A DNA stretch of 64,000 nt from an uncultured Bacteroidales bacterium (GCA_902784675.1 CACZVR010000003.1:9899-73898); one strand, 5' to 3'; positions 27,418 through 38,370 are shown, numbered from the stretch's first letter. Translations and numbers: made by a program. Notes: generated by a model not told the origin, from the sequence alone.

Positions 27418-28191
27418 ATGATTGATAGTCATTCTCATATTTATTGTGATGCGTTTGACGAGGACCGTGAGGTCGTCGTTCAGCGGGCTCGTGAGGCAGG
27501 GGTGCGACACATCATCCTGCCCAACGAGAATCTGGAGAGCGTTCCTCGACTGGTCGCCATGCAGGCACAATATCCCGAATATATCTCATTAGCACTCGGA
27601 TTGCATCCCGAGGAGGTGCATGACGATTATCTGGACGTGCTGAATGCCATGCGGCCGATGTTGGATCAGCATCCCGTTGTGGCTATCGGCGAGATAGGCA
27701 TCGACCTGTATTGGGACAAAACTTGGCGCGAACAGCAGCATCAAGCGCTTGACGTCCAGTTGCATTGGTGTCATGAACTTGGCGTGCCTTTCATCATGCA
27801 TTGTCGCGAAGCGCTTGACGATATCCTTGACGTTATCGACCACCTTGACTGCCCTTTGCCCCAGGGCGTCTTCCATTGTTTCACCGGCACACCAGCCGAT
27901 GTCGAGCGCATCCGCCAGCGAGGCGATTTCTACTTCGGTGTCAACGGCGTTGTGACGTTCAAGAAGAGCACAGTGTCGCAACTGTTGCCTGTCATCGGGT
28001 TGGACCGCCTGCTGCTTGAAACCGACGCACCTTATCTGGCACCTGTGCCTCATCGTGGCAAGCGCAACGAGAGCGCCTATATTCCACTGGTCAATGATTT
28101 CATTGCCAATGCCCTTGCCGTCACACCTCAGGCGGTGAGTGACGCCACCGACCGCAATGCCGCTCAATTGTTCCACCTCGAACTGCCTTAG
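27418..28191 (+). CDS. tatD: TatD family hydrolase
   Basis: DSHSH, GLHP, GEIGID, HCR, HCF, ETDAPYL. Confidence 0.95.
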   Translation: MIDSHSHIYCDAFDEDREVVVQRAREAGVRHIILPNENLESVPRLVAMQAQYPEYISLALGLHPEEVHDDYLDVLNAMRPMLDQHPVVAIGEIGIDLYWDKTWREQQHQALDVQLHWCHELGVPFIMHCREALDDILDVIDHLDCPLPQGVFHCFTGTPADVERIRQRGDFYFGVNGVVTFKKSTVSQLLPVIGLDRLLLETDAPYLAPVPHRGKRNESAYIPLVNDFIANALAVTPQAVSDATDRNAAQLFHLELP

Positions 28192-28284
28192 CCATACCGA
28201 TTGTTGATAACTATTTAGTGGAAAAGGGGTGACCTTTGAAATTATTAGTGTAATTTTGCTTGTTAATTCTAAACTATAGGACTA

Positions 28285-29703
28285 ATGAGAAGCAAAATGA
28301 TACTGATGGCGCTGGCTATGAGCGCCTTAACGCTTGTTGCCAATACCGGTGCCGATTGGCAGGACCAGGTGGACCAGCTGATAGCACAGGGTGAGTTCGC
28401 CCGAGCCGAAAAAGTGATGAAATCGTTGCCCAAGCAGGTGCGCAAAGCCGAGGCCGTGCGCATCGACTCGTTGCGTACCATCATGCAGCGCATCCGCACC
28501 GACTTCCGCATCACCCCCGAGGAGGGCGTGAAAAAAATCCGCGAGAAGATGCCCGAGGCCACCGATGCCCAGATCCAGCATTGGAAAGACACGCGTGCTC
28601 TCGAGGTGATGAACATCGACGGCAAGGAGATGTGGTTCCGCAAGAGTGTGGGCAACCTGTGGCTGCTGGGCAAGGAGTTTGCCGCGCAAAACGCTGCCGA
28701 CAACCATGAGACCTTCCTCACGCGCCGCAAATATTACTTGGAGGCCATGCGAACGCCTGCCGACGCAAACAACGTGCGCGACTGGCGCCATGTGAACATC
28801 ACGTTCACCCTGGATGTGGATGCCGATGCCGTGCCCGCTGGCGAGACCTTGCGTGTGTGGATGCCGTTTCCCTATAAGAACCTGCGTCAGCGCAACATTC
28901 AACTCGAGAGCAGCAACCGCGAGGTGACCTTCAGCGAGGGCAGCAAGCATCACACCGTCTATATGGAGGCTGTGGCTGTCAAGGGTCAGCCCACTCACTT
29001 CGAGTACACCTTCTCCTATGACGTGGGCGAGCGTCACTACAGTCAGCAGGACCTCATCGCCATGCTTGAGCCCTATAACACTAATGACCCCGAGTACATC
29101 CGATACACCGGCGATGAGCCGCGTCATGTCATCATCACCGACGAGATGCGTGCCCTGGCCCGCAAGATAGTGGGCAACGAGACCAACCCCGTGCTGCAGG
29201 CAGCCAAAGTGTATGAGTGGATCGGCCACACCTTGCCGTGGGCAGGTGCCCGTGAATACAGCACACTGACCAACATCCCGCAGTATGTCATCGAGAACGG
29301 TCATGGCGATTGCGGTCAGGTGGGTCTGCTTTATATCACACTCGTGCGCTCGCTGGGTATTCCTGCCCGCTGGGAAAGCGGCTGGATGCTTCATCCCGAT
29401 GAAATCAACTGGCACGACTGGTGCGAGACCTATTTCGAGGGTATCGGCTGGATTCCCACCGACCCGTCATTCGGCCGCAGTGCCGTGGGCACCTCGATGA
29501 ACGACTACTATGCCACGGGCATCGACCTGTATCGCATGGCGAGCAACGAGGGCGTGGGCGACGTGTTGAGTCCCGCCAAGACCTATATCCGCAGCGAGAC
29601 TGTCGATTTCCAGCCTGGCGAGGTCGAGTGGCGCGGCGGCAACCTGTTCTATGACAAGTGGGACAGCCATCTGAAAGTCAATTCAATAAAACCGATCAAG
29701 TGA
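28285..29703 (+). CDS. Secreted transglutaminase-like protein
   Basis: Signal peptide; GDCG..L.R.LGIPAR, HDW.E, W.P.DP catalytic triad. Confidence 0.88.
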   Translation: MRSKMILMALAMSALTLVANTGADWQDQVDQLIAQGEFARAEKVMKSLPKQVRKAEAVRIDSLRTIMQRIRTDFRITPEEGVKKIREKMPEATDAQIQHWKDTRALEVMNIDGKEMWFRKSVGNLWLLGKEFAAQNAADNHETFLTRRKYYLEAMRTPADANNVRDWRHVNITFTLDVDADAVPAGETLRVWMPFPYKNLRQRNIQLESSNREVTFSEGSKHHTVYMEAVAVKGQPTHFEYTFSYDVGERHYSQQDLIAMLEPYNTNDPEYIRYTGDEPRHVIITDEMRALARKIVGNETNPVLQAAKVYEWIGHTLPWAGAREYSTLTNIPQYVIENGHGDCGQVGLLYITLVRSLGIPARWESGWMLHPDEINWHDWCETYFEGIGWIPTDPSFGRSAVGTSMNDYYATGIDLYRMASNEGVGDVLSPAKTYIRSETVDFQPGEVEWRGGNLFYDKWDSHLKVNSIKPIK

Positions 29704-30857
29704 TGAGAATGAAATCATTTATCCTGGCTGTAGCGGTGGCAATGACCTGTTTCGTTGCCATGGCTGTGACGCCCGTTGAGACGCTGAAGGAACTCAAAGA
29801 ACGCATCGCCCCTGACAAGCGCACCGCTATTTGGGACGTGAACGCTACCCAGCAGGGTGGCAAGTGGGTGCTGTCGGGTACCGTGGGCACTAAAGCCCAG
29901 AAGCAGGCCATCCTTGCGGCCATGACCAAAAGCGGTTACGGAAACTACACCGACAAGATCACCGTTCTTGAAGACCGCATTCCCCAAAACCGCAAATGGG
30001 CGCTGGTGAAATTGAGCATCGCCACATTGCGCACCGAGCCCAAGCACAGCGCCGAAATTGCCACCCAAGGCATCATGGGCGCGCCTGTCAAGGTGCTGGA
30101 GAAACGTGATGACTGGTATCGCGTACAGATGGCCGATGACTACATCGCCTATGTTCCCGAGAGCTCACTCGCTTTCAAGAACGATGTCCAGATGAAGAAC
30201 TGGCGCAAGGCCAAGCGCTACATTGTCACCGCCTATGACTCGCGACTGGTGACCGAACCGCATGGCGACGAGACCGTCTCGGACCTGGTGATGGGCAACA
30301 TCGTGGAATTCAAGTCAACTCAGGGCAACTGGTACAAGGTGGCAACGCCCGACGGACGCACCGGTTGGGTGGATGGCGCCGACATCGCCGAGTTGTCGCA
30401 ATGGAGCCAGCAGGGTTTCAGTGCCGCACAAATCGAGAAGACCGCGCGTCGCATGATGGGTTCCAGCTATCTGTGGGGCGGCACCTCGACCAAGGTGACC
30501 GACTGTTCGGGCTTGTCCAAGGTGGCCTATTTGAGCAACGGCATCATTCTGCAGCGTGACGCCTCGCAACAGGCGCTCACGGGCAAGATCATGAAAAAGG
30601 GTACCGACTGGCGCCAGTATGAGACGGGCGACCTGCTGTTCTTCGGCAACGAGAAGACGGGACGCGTGACTCATGTGGGCATCTACCTGCGCGACGGCAA
30701 GTACATCCACTGCTCGGGCCAGGTGAAAATCAACAGCCTGATTCCCACCGCCAGCGACTATCCTTACCTCTATTCTCCCCTGAGCGCCAGCCGCATCAAG
30801 GGCATGGTGGGCACCAAGGGCATTAAGGCTCTGAAGGACCACCCGTGGTATTTTTAA
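29703..30857 (+). CDS. SH3b-NlpC/P60 gamma-D-glutamyl peptidase (YkfC-like)
   Basis: YLWGG.S....DCSG, RDASQQ, GDLLFFG, HVGIY; SH3b repeats. Confidence 0.9.
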   Translation: MRMKSFILAVAVAMTCFVAMAVTPVETLKELKERIAPDKRTAIWDVNATQQGGKWVLSGTVGTKAQKQAILAAMTKSGYGNYTDKITVLEDRIPQNRKWALVKLSIATLRTEPKHSAEIATQGIMGAPVKVLEKRDDWYRVQMADDYIAYVPESSLAFKNDVQMKNWRKAKRYIVTAYDSRLVTEPHGDETVSDLVMGNIVEFKSTQGNWYKVATPDGRTGWVDGADIAELSQWSQQGFSAAQIEKTARRMMGSSYLWGGTSTKVTDCSGLSKVAYLSNGIILQRDASQQALTGKIMKKGTDWRQYETGDLLFFGNEKTGRVTHVGIYLRDGKYIHCSGQVKINSLIPTASDYPYLYSPLSASRIKGMVGTKGIKALKDHPWYF

Positions 30858-30924
30858 AGTGAGGAGTAAGGAGTTTGCCGCTCTGGTTTAATCAAGAAAA
30901 TAATCTTTATAACTTCAAGAATAT

Positions 30925-32088
30925 ATGGATCGTAGAAAATTTATTGCAGGAATGGGTCTGACGGCTATCGCCGCCGCTTCGCCCGTGTCGATCGACGCAG
31001 TGGAACGCGTCGCTAAAAAAGGACGTCGTCGTGTTCCCCGTGTTCACCAAGTGGCCAAGACAGGAAAACTGAAACTGTCGTTTTTCCCCTATGAGCTCAA
31101 GTTGCGCCACGCCTTCAATCTGGCGCGCTACAGCCGCACCACCACGCCCGACGTGCAGGTGGCGCTGGAGTATGACGGCATCAAGGGTTATGGCGAGGCA
31201 TCGATGCCTCCCTATCTGGGCGAGAGTGTTGAGAGTGTGACCACTTTCCTCAACAAGCTCGACTTGGATCAGTTCAATGACCCATTCCGCATTGAGGATA
31301 TCTTGAGCTATGTTGACAGTGTTGACGAGAACAACCGTGCCGCTAAGGCCAGCATCGATATCGCCCTGCATGACCTGTTGGGCAAAATCATGGGTCAGCC
31401 GTGGTATAAGATTTGGGGCTATAATCCCGAGAAGACACCAGTGACGAGTTTCACCATCGGCATCGACACACCCGAGGTAGTTCGCCAGAAGGTAGAAGAA
31501 GCCCGTCCCTACAAACTCATCAAGGCAAAGATGGGTTTGGATCAGGATCAGGCGACTATCAACATCATCAACGAGATGATGCCCGACGTGCCCATCTGCG
31601 TGGACTGCAACCAGGGCTGGAACAACAAGGAATATGCTCTGGAGATGTGCCACTGGCTCAAGGAGCACAACTGTATCTTCGTCGAGCAGCCATTCGACAA
31701 GACCTGGATTGACGAGACCGCATGGTTGCGTGAGCGCTCACCGCTGCCCATCATCGCCGACGAGGCCTTCCAGCGTCTGCCCGACATCGTCAAGTTCAAG
31801 GGCGTGTATGACGGCATCAACATCAAGCTGATGAAGAGTACCGGTTTGTATGAAGCGCACAAGATGGTGACCTTGGCTCGTGCCCTCGACATGAAGGTGA
31901 TGATCGGCTGCATGACCGAGACCTCTTGTGCCGTGACTGCCGCTGCCAACCTGTCGCCCGTTGTGGACTATGCCGATCTGGACGGCAACCTGCTCATTGC
32001 CAACGACCGTTTCACCGGCATGACTGTTGAGAACGGTAAAATCACTTTGCATGACCGACCTGGTCTCGGCATTAAATTGCTGGAATAA
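30925..32088 (+). CDS. L-Ala-D/L-Glu dipeptide epimerase with twin-arginine signal
   Basis: DRRKF signal; K.K, DCN, EQP, ADE, NIKLMK, DLDG enolase-superfamily motifs. Confidence 0.9.
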   Translation: MDRRKFIAGMGLTAIAAASPVSIDAVERVAKKGRRRVPRVHQVAKTGKLKLSFFPYELKLRHAFNLARYSRTTTPDVQVALEYDGIKGYGEASMPPYLGESVESVTTFLNKLDLDQFNDPFRIEDILSYVDSVDENNRAAKASIDIALHDLLGKIMGQPWYKIWGYNPEKTPVTSFTIGIDTPEVVRQKVEEARPYKLIKAKMGLDQDQATINIINEMMPDVPICVDCNQGWNNKEYALEMCHWLKEHNCIFVEQPFDKTWIDETAWLRERSPLPIIADEAFQRLPDIVKFKGVYDGINIKLMKSTGLYEAHKMVTLARALDMKVMIGCMTETSCAVTAAANLSPVVDYADLDGNLLIANDRFTGMTVENGKITLHDRPGLGIKLLE

Positions 32089-32104
32089 TCTGACTGTTAA
32101 CTGA

Positions 32105-32908
32105 ATGAATAAACACTATTGGGGGCTCTGGAGCCTGCTGCTTGCCGCACTTGTTTTCTTTGTTGTCTTGTCGTTTTGGCAGGACGGATTCAATGTGGGC
32201 GGACTGGAAATAAAGACTGCATCGTTTGCGCGTGACATGGGGGCCGAGCCAGGTCCTCGTCACGTCACCGACGCCGATACTCTTGACGCCAACGGTCGCT
32301 TGCCCAACGGCAAACACCCCAAGGGTTGGAGAGCCCCGATGGACACTACTGCCAAGAACATCCTCTTCATCGGCGACTCGATGCTCGAGGGACTGGCGCC
32401 ACGACTGGCAAAATACTGTGACAAAAATGGTCACAAGCTGGTCGAGGTCATTTGGTACAGTAGTTCCACCCTGTGCTGGGGTGAGTCGGCGCGGTTGACC
32501 GAGCTGATCAATGAGTATCATCCCGACTACATCTTCGTGTGTCTGGGTGCCAACGAATTGTATGTGCCCGACATCAAGCGTGCGCGCCGTCCTCACCTGA
32601 AAAAGATGCTGGCCGAGATAGGCGACATCCCCTATGTGTGGATTGGCCCGCCCAACTGGGACGAGGACACCGGTATCAACGACCTGTTGAAACAGGAAGT
32701 TGACGAGGGTTGCTTCTATCTTAGCGCCAACGACCATTTTGAGCGCAGCCGTGACGGCGCTCATCCCACACGCCCGTCGGCCCACCAATGGATGGACCGC
32801 GTCATCAAGTGGGTGGTAGCCGAGGGCGCCCATCCCATCCGTCTCGAGAGCCCGGGCGAGGGCATCAGCCGAGCTTCTCGCATCGTCATTTATCAACCAC
32901 CTAAATAA
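32105..32908 (+). CDS. SGNH/GDSL O-acetyltransferase/esterase
   Basis: FIGDS, LGAN, DGAHP; N-terminal TM. Confidence 0.82.
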   Translation: MNKHYWGLWSLLLAALVFFVVLSFWQDGFNVGGLEIKTASFARDMGAEPGPRHVTDADTLDANGRLPNGKHPKGWRAPMDTTAKNILFIGDSMLEGLAPRLAKYCDKNGHKLVEVIWYSSSTLCWGESARLTELINEYHPDYIFVCLGANELYVPDIKRARRPHLKKMLAEIGDIPYVWIGPPNWDEDTGINDLLKQEVDEGCFYLSANDHFERSRDGAHPTRPSAHQWMDRVIKWVVAEGAHPIRLESPGEGISRASRIVIYQPPK

Positions 32909-32912
32909 TTCC

Positions 32913-34388
32913 ATGATATTAGACACGATTGACATATCGCAACTGCTGTCGCTGCTGACTTTCAACCGCGACGAGCCTATGCTGTTCACCAGCGGATTGT
33001 TCTGGGTGCTGTTCCTGTTGTTCCTGCCGGTGTATGCCATGCTCAAGTCACGCCGCAAGAAGATGATGATTTTTGTCATCGCCTTCAGCTTGTATTTCTT
33101 CTACAAGTCAAGTGGCATCTTCTTCCTCTTGCTGGTGGCGACCTCCATCTTTGACTGGTGGGTGGCGCAGTTCATCGACTCGAGCAAGAACCGCACCGAA
33201 CGGCGCATCGCGCTCACGGTGTCGCTGGTGTTCTCGTTGGGCATCCTGCTGTTCTTCAAGTACAGCAACTTCGTTATTTGGAACATGAATGCGCTCATCC
33301 ACGGCAACTTCCAGCCCTTGGATTTGATCATGCCTGTGGGCGTGTCGTTCTATACTTTCCGCACCATCAGCTATGTCGTCGATGTCTATAAAGGCAGGAT
33401 TCAGCCGGTAGATGATTATCTGGACCACCTGTTTTTCCTGTCCTATTTTCCCTGCCTGGTGGCAGGTCCCATTGTCCGTTCGCGCGACTTCATTCCGCAG
33501 TTGCAGGAAAACAAGCCTGCCACGCGCGAGATGATTTACGGGGGTCTGTTCCTCGTCATGCTGGGTATCATGAAGAAGGCACTGTTCGCCGACTACATCG
33601 CGCAGTATAACAACATTGTCTTCGGTAACCCCACGGGCTACACGGGCTTTGAATTGCTGATGGCTGTGCTGGGCTTCACCATGCAGATTTATTGTGACTT
33701 CTCGGGTTACAGCGACATGGCAATCGGTCTGGGCAGCATCATGGGCTTCAACCTGGGTATCAACTTCGATTATCCTTATCGTGCCTTGAACGTGAGTGAG
33801 TTCTGGCACCGCTGGCACATCACACTGTCCACATGGTTGCGCGACTATGTTTACATCCCTCTGGGCGGTAATCGCAAGGGCAAATTCCGTCAGTACATCA
33901 ACCTGATGGTGACCATGCTGCTTGGCGGACTTTGGCATGGTGCGGCATGGACATTTGTCGTCTGGGGAGCTGGCCACGGCATCGCCTTGTGTGTTCACAA
34001 GCTGTGCAAGCCATGGCTGGACACGATAGCCAGCACGCGCCTGTCGCGCACTGTCTCGTGGCTGCTGACTTTCACCTTTGTGGCCTTTTTGTGGATATTT
34101 TTCCGCGCAAACACCTTCCATGCTGCGGGGCAGATTATCAGCGGCATCATCACCGACTTTGAGTGGGCCTATTTGCCCGTATTTCTTGAACGCCGTTTCA
34201 CCTGGTGCTTGATGCTGGCCATCATCTATGCGTTGCACTTCGTTCCCCGCCGTGTGTGGGATAGCCTGCGTGAGCGTTTCATCGCAGCCCCCTGGTGGCT
34301 CAAACTGGTGTTGTTTATCCTGCTCATCCAGCTCGTCCTGCAGTTCGCCAGCGCCACTGTGCAACCATTCCTCTACTCACAATTCTAA
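32913..34388 (+). CDS. MBOAT O-acyltransferase (AlgI/PatA-like)
   Basis: PVGVSFYTF, DFSGYSDMAIG, FW.RWHITLS.WLRDY.YIPLGG, GLWHGA. Confidence 0.95.
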   Translation: MILDTIDISQLLSLLTFNRDEPMLFTSGLFWVLFLLFLPVYAMLKSRRKKMMIFVIAFSLYFFYKSSGIFFLLLVATSIFDWWVAQFIDSSKNRTERRIALTVSLVFSLGILLFFKYSNFVIWNMNALIHGNFQPLDLIMPVGVSFYTFRTISYVVDVYKGRIQPVDDYLDHLFFLSYFPCLVAGPIVRSRDFIPQLQENKPATREMIYGGLFLVMLGIMKKALFADYIAQYNNIVFGNPTGYTGFELLMAVLGFTMQIYCDFSGYSDMAIGLGSIMGFNLGINFDYPYRALNVSEFWHRWHITLSTWLRDYVYIPLGGNRKGKFRQYINLMVTMLLGGLWHGAAWTFVVWGAGHGIALCVHKLCKPWLDTIASTRLSRTVSWLLTFTFVAFLWIFFRANTFHAAGQIISGIITDFEWAYLPVFLERRFTWCLMLAIIYALHFVPRRVWDSLRERFIAAPWWLKLVLFILLIQLVLQFASATVQPFLYSQF

Positions 34389-34530
34389 TGCAAAGAATGC
34401 ATTCTTTCTAGTGCTAACGCAGTGATTATCGCAGATTTTTTGTAACTTTGCGGCGCTTTTTGCGCGCGTGACGCGCGAAAAGCGGCTAACAGATGGATTA
34501 TTAACGAAATAACTATAAGATAAAATCATT

Positions 34531-35403
34531 ATGGGTTTAAGAATCATTGTTCTGGCCAAGCAAGTGCCAGATACCCGCAACGTGGGTAAGGATGCGATGA
34601 AGGCCGATGGCACCATCAACCGTGCCGCTCTGCCCGCCATCTTCAACCCCGAGGATCTCAACGCCTTGGAACAGGCGTTGCAGCTCAAGGATGCTCATCC
34701 CGGCTCAACGATTACGCTGCTGACGATGGGATTGCCTCGCAGCGCCGAGATGGTGCGCGAGAGCTTGTATCGCGGCGGTGACGACGGCGTCGTGCTGACC
34801 GACCGCCCCTTGGGTGGCGCCGACACCCTGGCCACCAGCTATTCGCTGGCACAGGCTATCCGTCACATGGGCGATTTTGACATCATCGTGGGCGGCCGTC
34901 AGGCCATCGACGGTGACACCGCACAGGTGGGACCGCAAATCGCCGAGAAGTTGGGTCTGCCCCAAGTGACCTATGCCGAGAGCATCAAGGTCGTTGACGG
35001 CAAGGCCACCATCAAGCGCCGCATTGAGCACGGTTTCGAGACCGTGGAGTGCCCGCTGCCTCTGGTCGTTACCGTGAACGGCAGTGCCGACGCATGCCGT
35101 CCCCGCAACGCTCGTCTGGTGCAGAAGTACAAATATGCTGTGACGCCCAGCGAGAAGGCTGTATTGCCCGAGGATCGTCAGGCACTTGTTGACGGCCGTC
35201 CCTATCTCGCCATCAAAGAGTGGGGCGTGAAAGAGATTGAGGCCGATCCCGAGCAGATTGGTATGCCCGGTTCGCCCACCAAGGTGAAGACCATTGTCAA
35301 CGTCGCCTTCCAGGCTAAGGAAGCCCGTCGCATCGATGCTGCCGCCGACGCCGAATTAGAGGGTCTTGTTAAGGAACTTATCGCCGACCACATCATCGGC
35401 TGA
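34531..35403 (+). CDS. etfB: Electron transfer flavoprotein beta subunit
   Basis: KQVPDT, GADTLATS, GRQAIDGDTAQVG. Confidence 0.95.
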   Translation: MGLRIIVLAKQVPDTRNVGKDAMKADGTINRAALPAIFNPEDLNALEQALQLKDAHPGSTITLLTMGLPRSAEMVRESLYRGGDDGVVLTDRPLGGADTLATSYSLAQAIRHMGDFDIIVGGRQAIDGDTAQVGPQIAEKLGLPQVTYAESIKVVDGKATIKRRIEHGFETVECPLPLVVTVNGSADACRPRNARLVQKYKYAVTPSEKAVLPEDRQALVDGRPYLAIKEWGVKEIEADPEQIGMPGSPTKVKTIVNVAFQAKEARRIDAAADAELEGLVKELIADHIIG

Positions 35404-35406
35404 TCG

Positions 35407-35446
35407 TTAAAGACCTTAAGGACTTTAGGGACCTTGAGGACATTAG
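35407..35446. repeat. Nonamer tandem repeat (GACYTTAAG-like)
   Basis: gaccttaag gactttagg gaccttgag gacattag; same unit as 8977-9027. Confidence 0.75.
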
Positions 35447-35467
35447 AAATGAAAAATCTGAAGAAAA

Positions 35468-36496
35468 ATGGAAGACAAGAATAATCTGATAGTCTATTGC
35501 GAGTATGACGAGGGCCGCATCGCCGACGTCAGCCTCGAACTGTTGACCAAGGGCCGCACTCTGGCCACCCGTCTGGGTTGCCGCCTCGAGGCTCTGGTGC
35601 TGGGCGACAAGCTTGAGGGTATCGAGCAGGTACTGTTCCCCTATGGTGTCGACGTGGTGTATAAGGTGCAGGACGACCGTTTGTTCCCCTATACGTCATT
35701 GCCTCACAGCAGCGTGGTGACCACGTTGTTCAAGGAGATTGAGCCGCAAGTGTGCCTCATGGGCGCCACCACCATCGGCCGTGACCTGGGTCCCCGCGTT
35801 TCCTCGTGTCTGCACAGCGGTCTGACTGCCGATTGCACCTCGCTGGAGATTGGTGACCACACCGATGCCGCCGCAGGCAAGGAGTATAAGGACCTGTTGT
35901 ATCAGATCCGTCCCGCATTTGGCGGCAACATCGTCGCCACTATCGTCAACCCCGAGTGCCGTCCCCAGATGGCTACCGTGCGCGAGGGCGTGATGAAGAA
36001 GGAAATCTTTGATGAGGGTTACAAGGGCGAGGTTATCAACCTCGATCCTGACAAGTATATTGACCCCGCTAGCCTCGTGGTGAAAATCATCGACCGCGAG
36101 ATCGAGCAGAGCAAGGTGAATATCAAGAATGCTCACATCATCGTGGCTGGTGGCTACGGCGTGGGCAGCAAGGAGAATTTTGACATGCTCTTTGAACTGG
36201 CCGACGTGCTCGGTGGCGAGGTGGGTGCATCACGCGCTGCTGTTGATGCCGGCTTCACCGACCATGACCGTCAAATCGGCCAGACCGGTGTTACCGTTCG
36301 TCCCAAGCTGTATATTGCGTGCGGTATCTCGGGTCAGATCCAGCACATCGCCGGCATGAACGAGAGTTCCATCATCATCAGCATCAACACCGACCCCGAG
36401 GCGCCCATCAACGCCATCGCCGACTATGTCATCACGGGCAGTGTCGAGGATGTCGTTCCCAGGCTCATCAAGCATTACAAGAAGAATTCAAAATAA
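35468..36496 (+). CDS. etfA: Electron transfer flavoprotein alpha subunit
   Basis: GLTADCT, RPAFGGN, QIGQTG, GISGQIQH. Confidence 0.95.
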   Translation: MEDKNNLIVYCEYDEGRIADVSLELLTKGRTLATRLGCRLEALVLGDKLEGIEQVLFPYGVDVVYKVQDDRLFPYTSLPHSSVVTTLFKEIEPQVCLMGATTIGRDLGPRVSSCLHSGLTADCTSLEIGDHTDAAAGKEYKDLLYQIRPAFGGNIVATIVNPECRPQMATVREGVMKKEIFDEGYKGEVINLDPDKYIDPASLVVKIIDREIEQSKVNIKNAHIIVAGGYGVGSKENFDMLFELADVLGGEVGASRAAVDAGFTDHDRQIGQTGVTVRPKLYIACGISGQIQHIAGMNESSIIISINTDPEAPINAIADYVITGSVEDVVPRLIKHYKKNSK

Positions 36497-36506
36497 CGAT
36501 TAATTC

Positions 36507-36601
36507 AGTTTCTAGTCCAGAGTCCCTAGTTTATAGTTGGCATCCGCACTAAAGCAATTAGGGAACACAGACTGGGGACTAGAAACTAGGGACTAGAAAC
36601 T
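36507..36601. repeat. Inverted heptamer-type repeat (CTAG core)
   Basis: AGTTTCTAGTCC..CCCTAGTT versus GGACTAGAAACTAGGGACTAGAAACT. Confidence 0.7.
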
Positions 36602-36612
36602 CAAAAAAGAAT

Positions 36613-38319
36613 ATGGCTAACTTTTATACCGACAATAAAGCGCTCCAGTACCACCTGCGTCACCCGTTGATGAAGGAAATCGTCGCATTGCGTGAGCGCA
36701 ACTATACCCAGAGCGGAGAGTTTGACTATGCGCCCCTCGACTTCGAGGATGCCATGGACTCCTATCAGCGCGTGTTGGACATCATCGGTGAGCTGTGTGG
36801 CGACATCATCGCTGCTAATGCCAAGGATGTGGACCTTGAGGGTCCCCATCACGAGAACGGTCGCGTGCGCTATGCCAAGGGCACCGAGGACAACCTCAAG
36901 GCCTTGAACCAGGCTGGCCTGATGGGCATCACCTTGCCCCGCCAGTATGGTGGCTTGAACATGTCGTTGATTCCCTATATCATGGCTGCCGACATGGTGA
37001 GCCGTGCCGATGCGGGATTTGTCAACGTGTGGGGCCTGCAAGACTGCGCCGAGACCATCAATGAGTTTGCCAGCGAGGACCAGAAGCAGCGTTTCCTGCC
37101 CCGCACCTGCAAGGGCGAGACCCTGGCGATGGACCTCACCGAGCCCGACGCAGGCAGCGACCTGCAGTCTGTCATGCTCAAGGCCACTCAGGACGAGGAC
37201 GGCACTTGGCGCCTGAATGGCGTGAAGCGCTTCATCACCAACGGCGACGGTGACATCTCGCTCGTGCTGGCACGCAGCGAAGAGGGCACCCGTGACGGCC
37301 GTGGCCTGTCGATGTTCATCTATGACAAGCGCGACGGTGGCATGACCGTGCGTCGCATCGAGGACAAGATGGGTATCCATGGCAGCCCCACGTGCGAGCT
37401 GGTGTTCAAGAACGCCAAGGCCGAGCTGTGCGGCGACCGCAAGCTGGGTCTCATCAAGTATGTGATGTCGCTGATGAACGGTGCACGCTTGGGTATTGCT
37501 GCCCAGAGCGTCGGCGTGAGCGAGGCCGCCTATCAGGAGGCCATCGCCTATGCCCGCAGCCGCGAGCAGTTCGGCAAGGCCATCATCAACTTCCCCGCTG
37601 TGAGCGAGATGATTGCCAACATCAAGGCCAAGTTGGATGCTTCGCGCACCTTGCTGTATGAGTGCACCCGCTTTGTGGATATGTACAAGTCGCTCGACGC
37701 CATCAGCCGCGAGCGCACCCTCGCCCCCGAGGAGCGCAAGACCATGAAGGCCTATAACCGCCTGGCTGACGCCTTCACGCCGCTGGCCAAGGGCATGACG
37801 AGCGAGTTCTGCAACCAGAACGCCTATGACTGCGTGCAGATTCACGGTGGTAGCGGCTTCATGCGCGACTACGCCTGTGAACGCATCTATCGCGACGCCC
37901 GCATCACCAGCATCTACGAGGGTACGACCCAGTTGCAGGTGGTAGCTGCCATCCGCCACGTCACCACGGGCACCTACTTGAACCAGATCAAGGAGTATGC
38001 CGCCCGTGAGTATAGCGAGGCCGTTGCTCCCATGCGGGCCAAGCTCGAGGCGATGACCGCCCTCTACGAGGAGACGTTTGCCAAGGTGCAGGCTGCCGAG
38101 GATCCCGAGTACATCACCTTCCATGCCCGTCGCCTCGTCGAGATGCTGGGACACATCATCATGGGCTATCTGCTCATTGGTGACGCCAGCAACGAGCCTG
38201 ACCTGTTCATGGACAGCGCCAAGGTCTATGTCAACATGGGTGAGGCCGAGGTGGCACGTCACGCACGCTTCATCGGCAATTTCAACCCCGCCGACCAAGC
38301 CGCCTACATGCGCCAGTAA
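36613..38319 (+). CDS. Acyl-CoA dehydrogenase
   Basis: LTEPDAGSD, KRFITN, R.QFGK, IHGG.G, IYEGT. Confidence 0.95.
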   Translation: MANFYTDNKALQYHLRHPLMKEIVALRERNYTQSGEFDYAPLDFEDAMDSYQRVLDIIGELCGDIIAANAKDVDLEGPHHENGRVRYAKGTEDNLKALNQAGLMGITLPRQYGGLNMSLIPYIMAADMVSRADAGFVNVWGLQDCAETINEFASEDQKQRFLPRTCKGETLAMDLTEPDAGSDLQSVMLKATQDEDGTWRLNGVKRFITNGDGDISLVLARSEEGTRDGRGLSMFIYDKRDGGMTVRRIEDKMGIHGSPTCELVFKNAKAELCGDRKLGLIKYVMSLMNGARLGIAAQSVGVSEAAYQEAIAYARSREQFGKAIINFPAVSEMIANIKAKLDASRTLLYECTRFVDMYKSLDAISRERTLAPEERKTMKAYNRLADAFTPLAKGMTSEFCNQNAYDCVQIHGGSGFMRDYACERIYRDARITSIYEGTTQLQVVAAIRHVTTGTYLNQIKEYAAREYSEAVAPMRAKLEAMTALYEETFAKVQAAEDPEYITFHARRLVEMLGHIIMGYLLIGDASNEPDLFMDSAKVYVNMGEAEVARHARFIGNFNPADQAAYMRQ

Positions 38320-38370
38320 TTGTCAACTACGAATTCACGAATTAAACTGTTTTTGCTTAAATTTCTCATA

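Noticed and set aside
36601-38298. Long antisense ORFs (e.g. 36601-38298, 44925-46508, 53627-55138, 57043-58470)
   Set aside because: Shadows of genes with strong C/G third-position bias; no motifs
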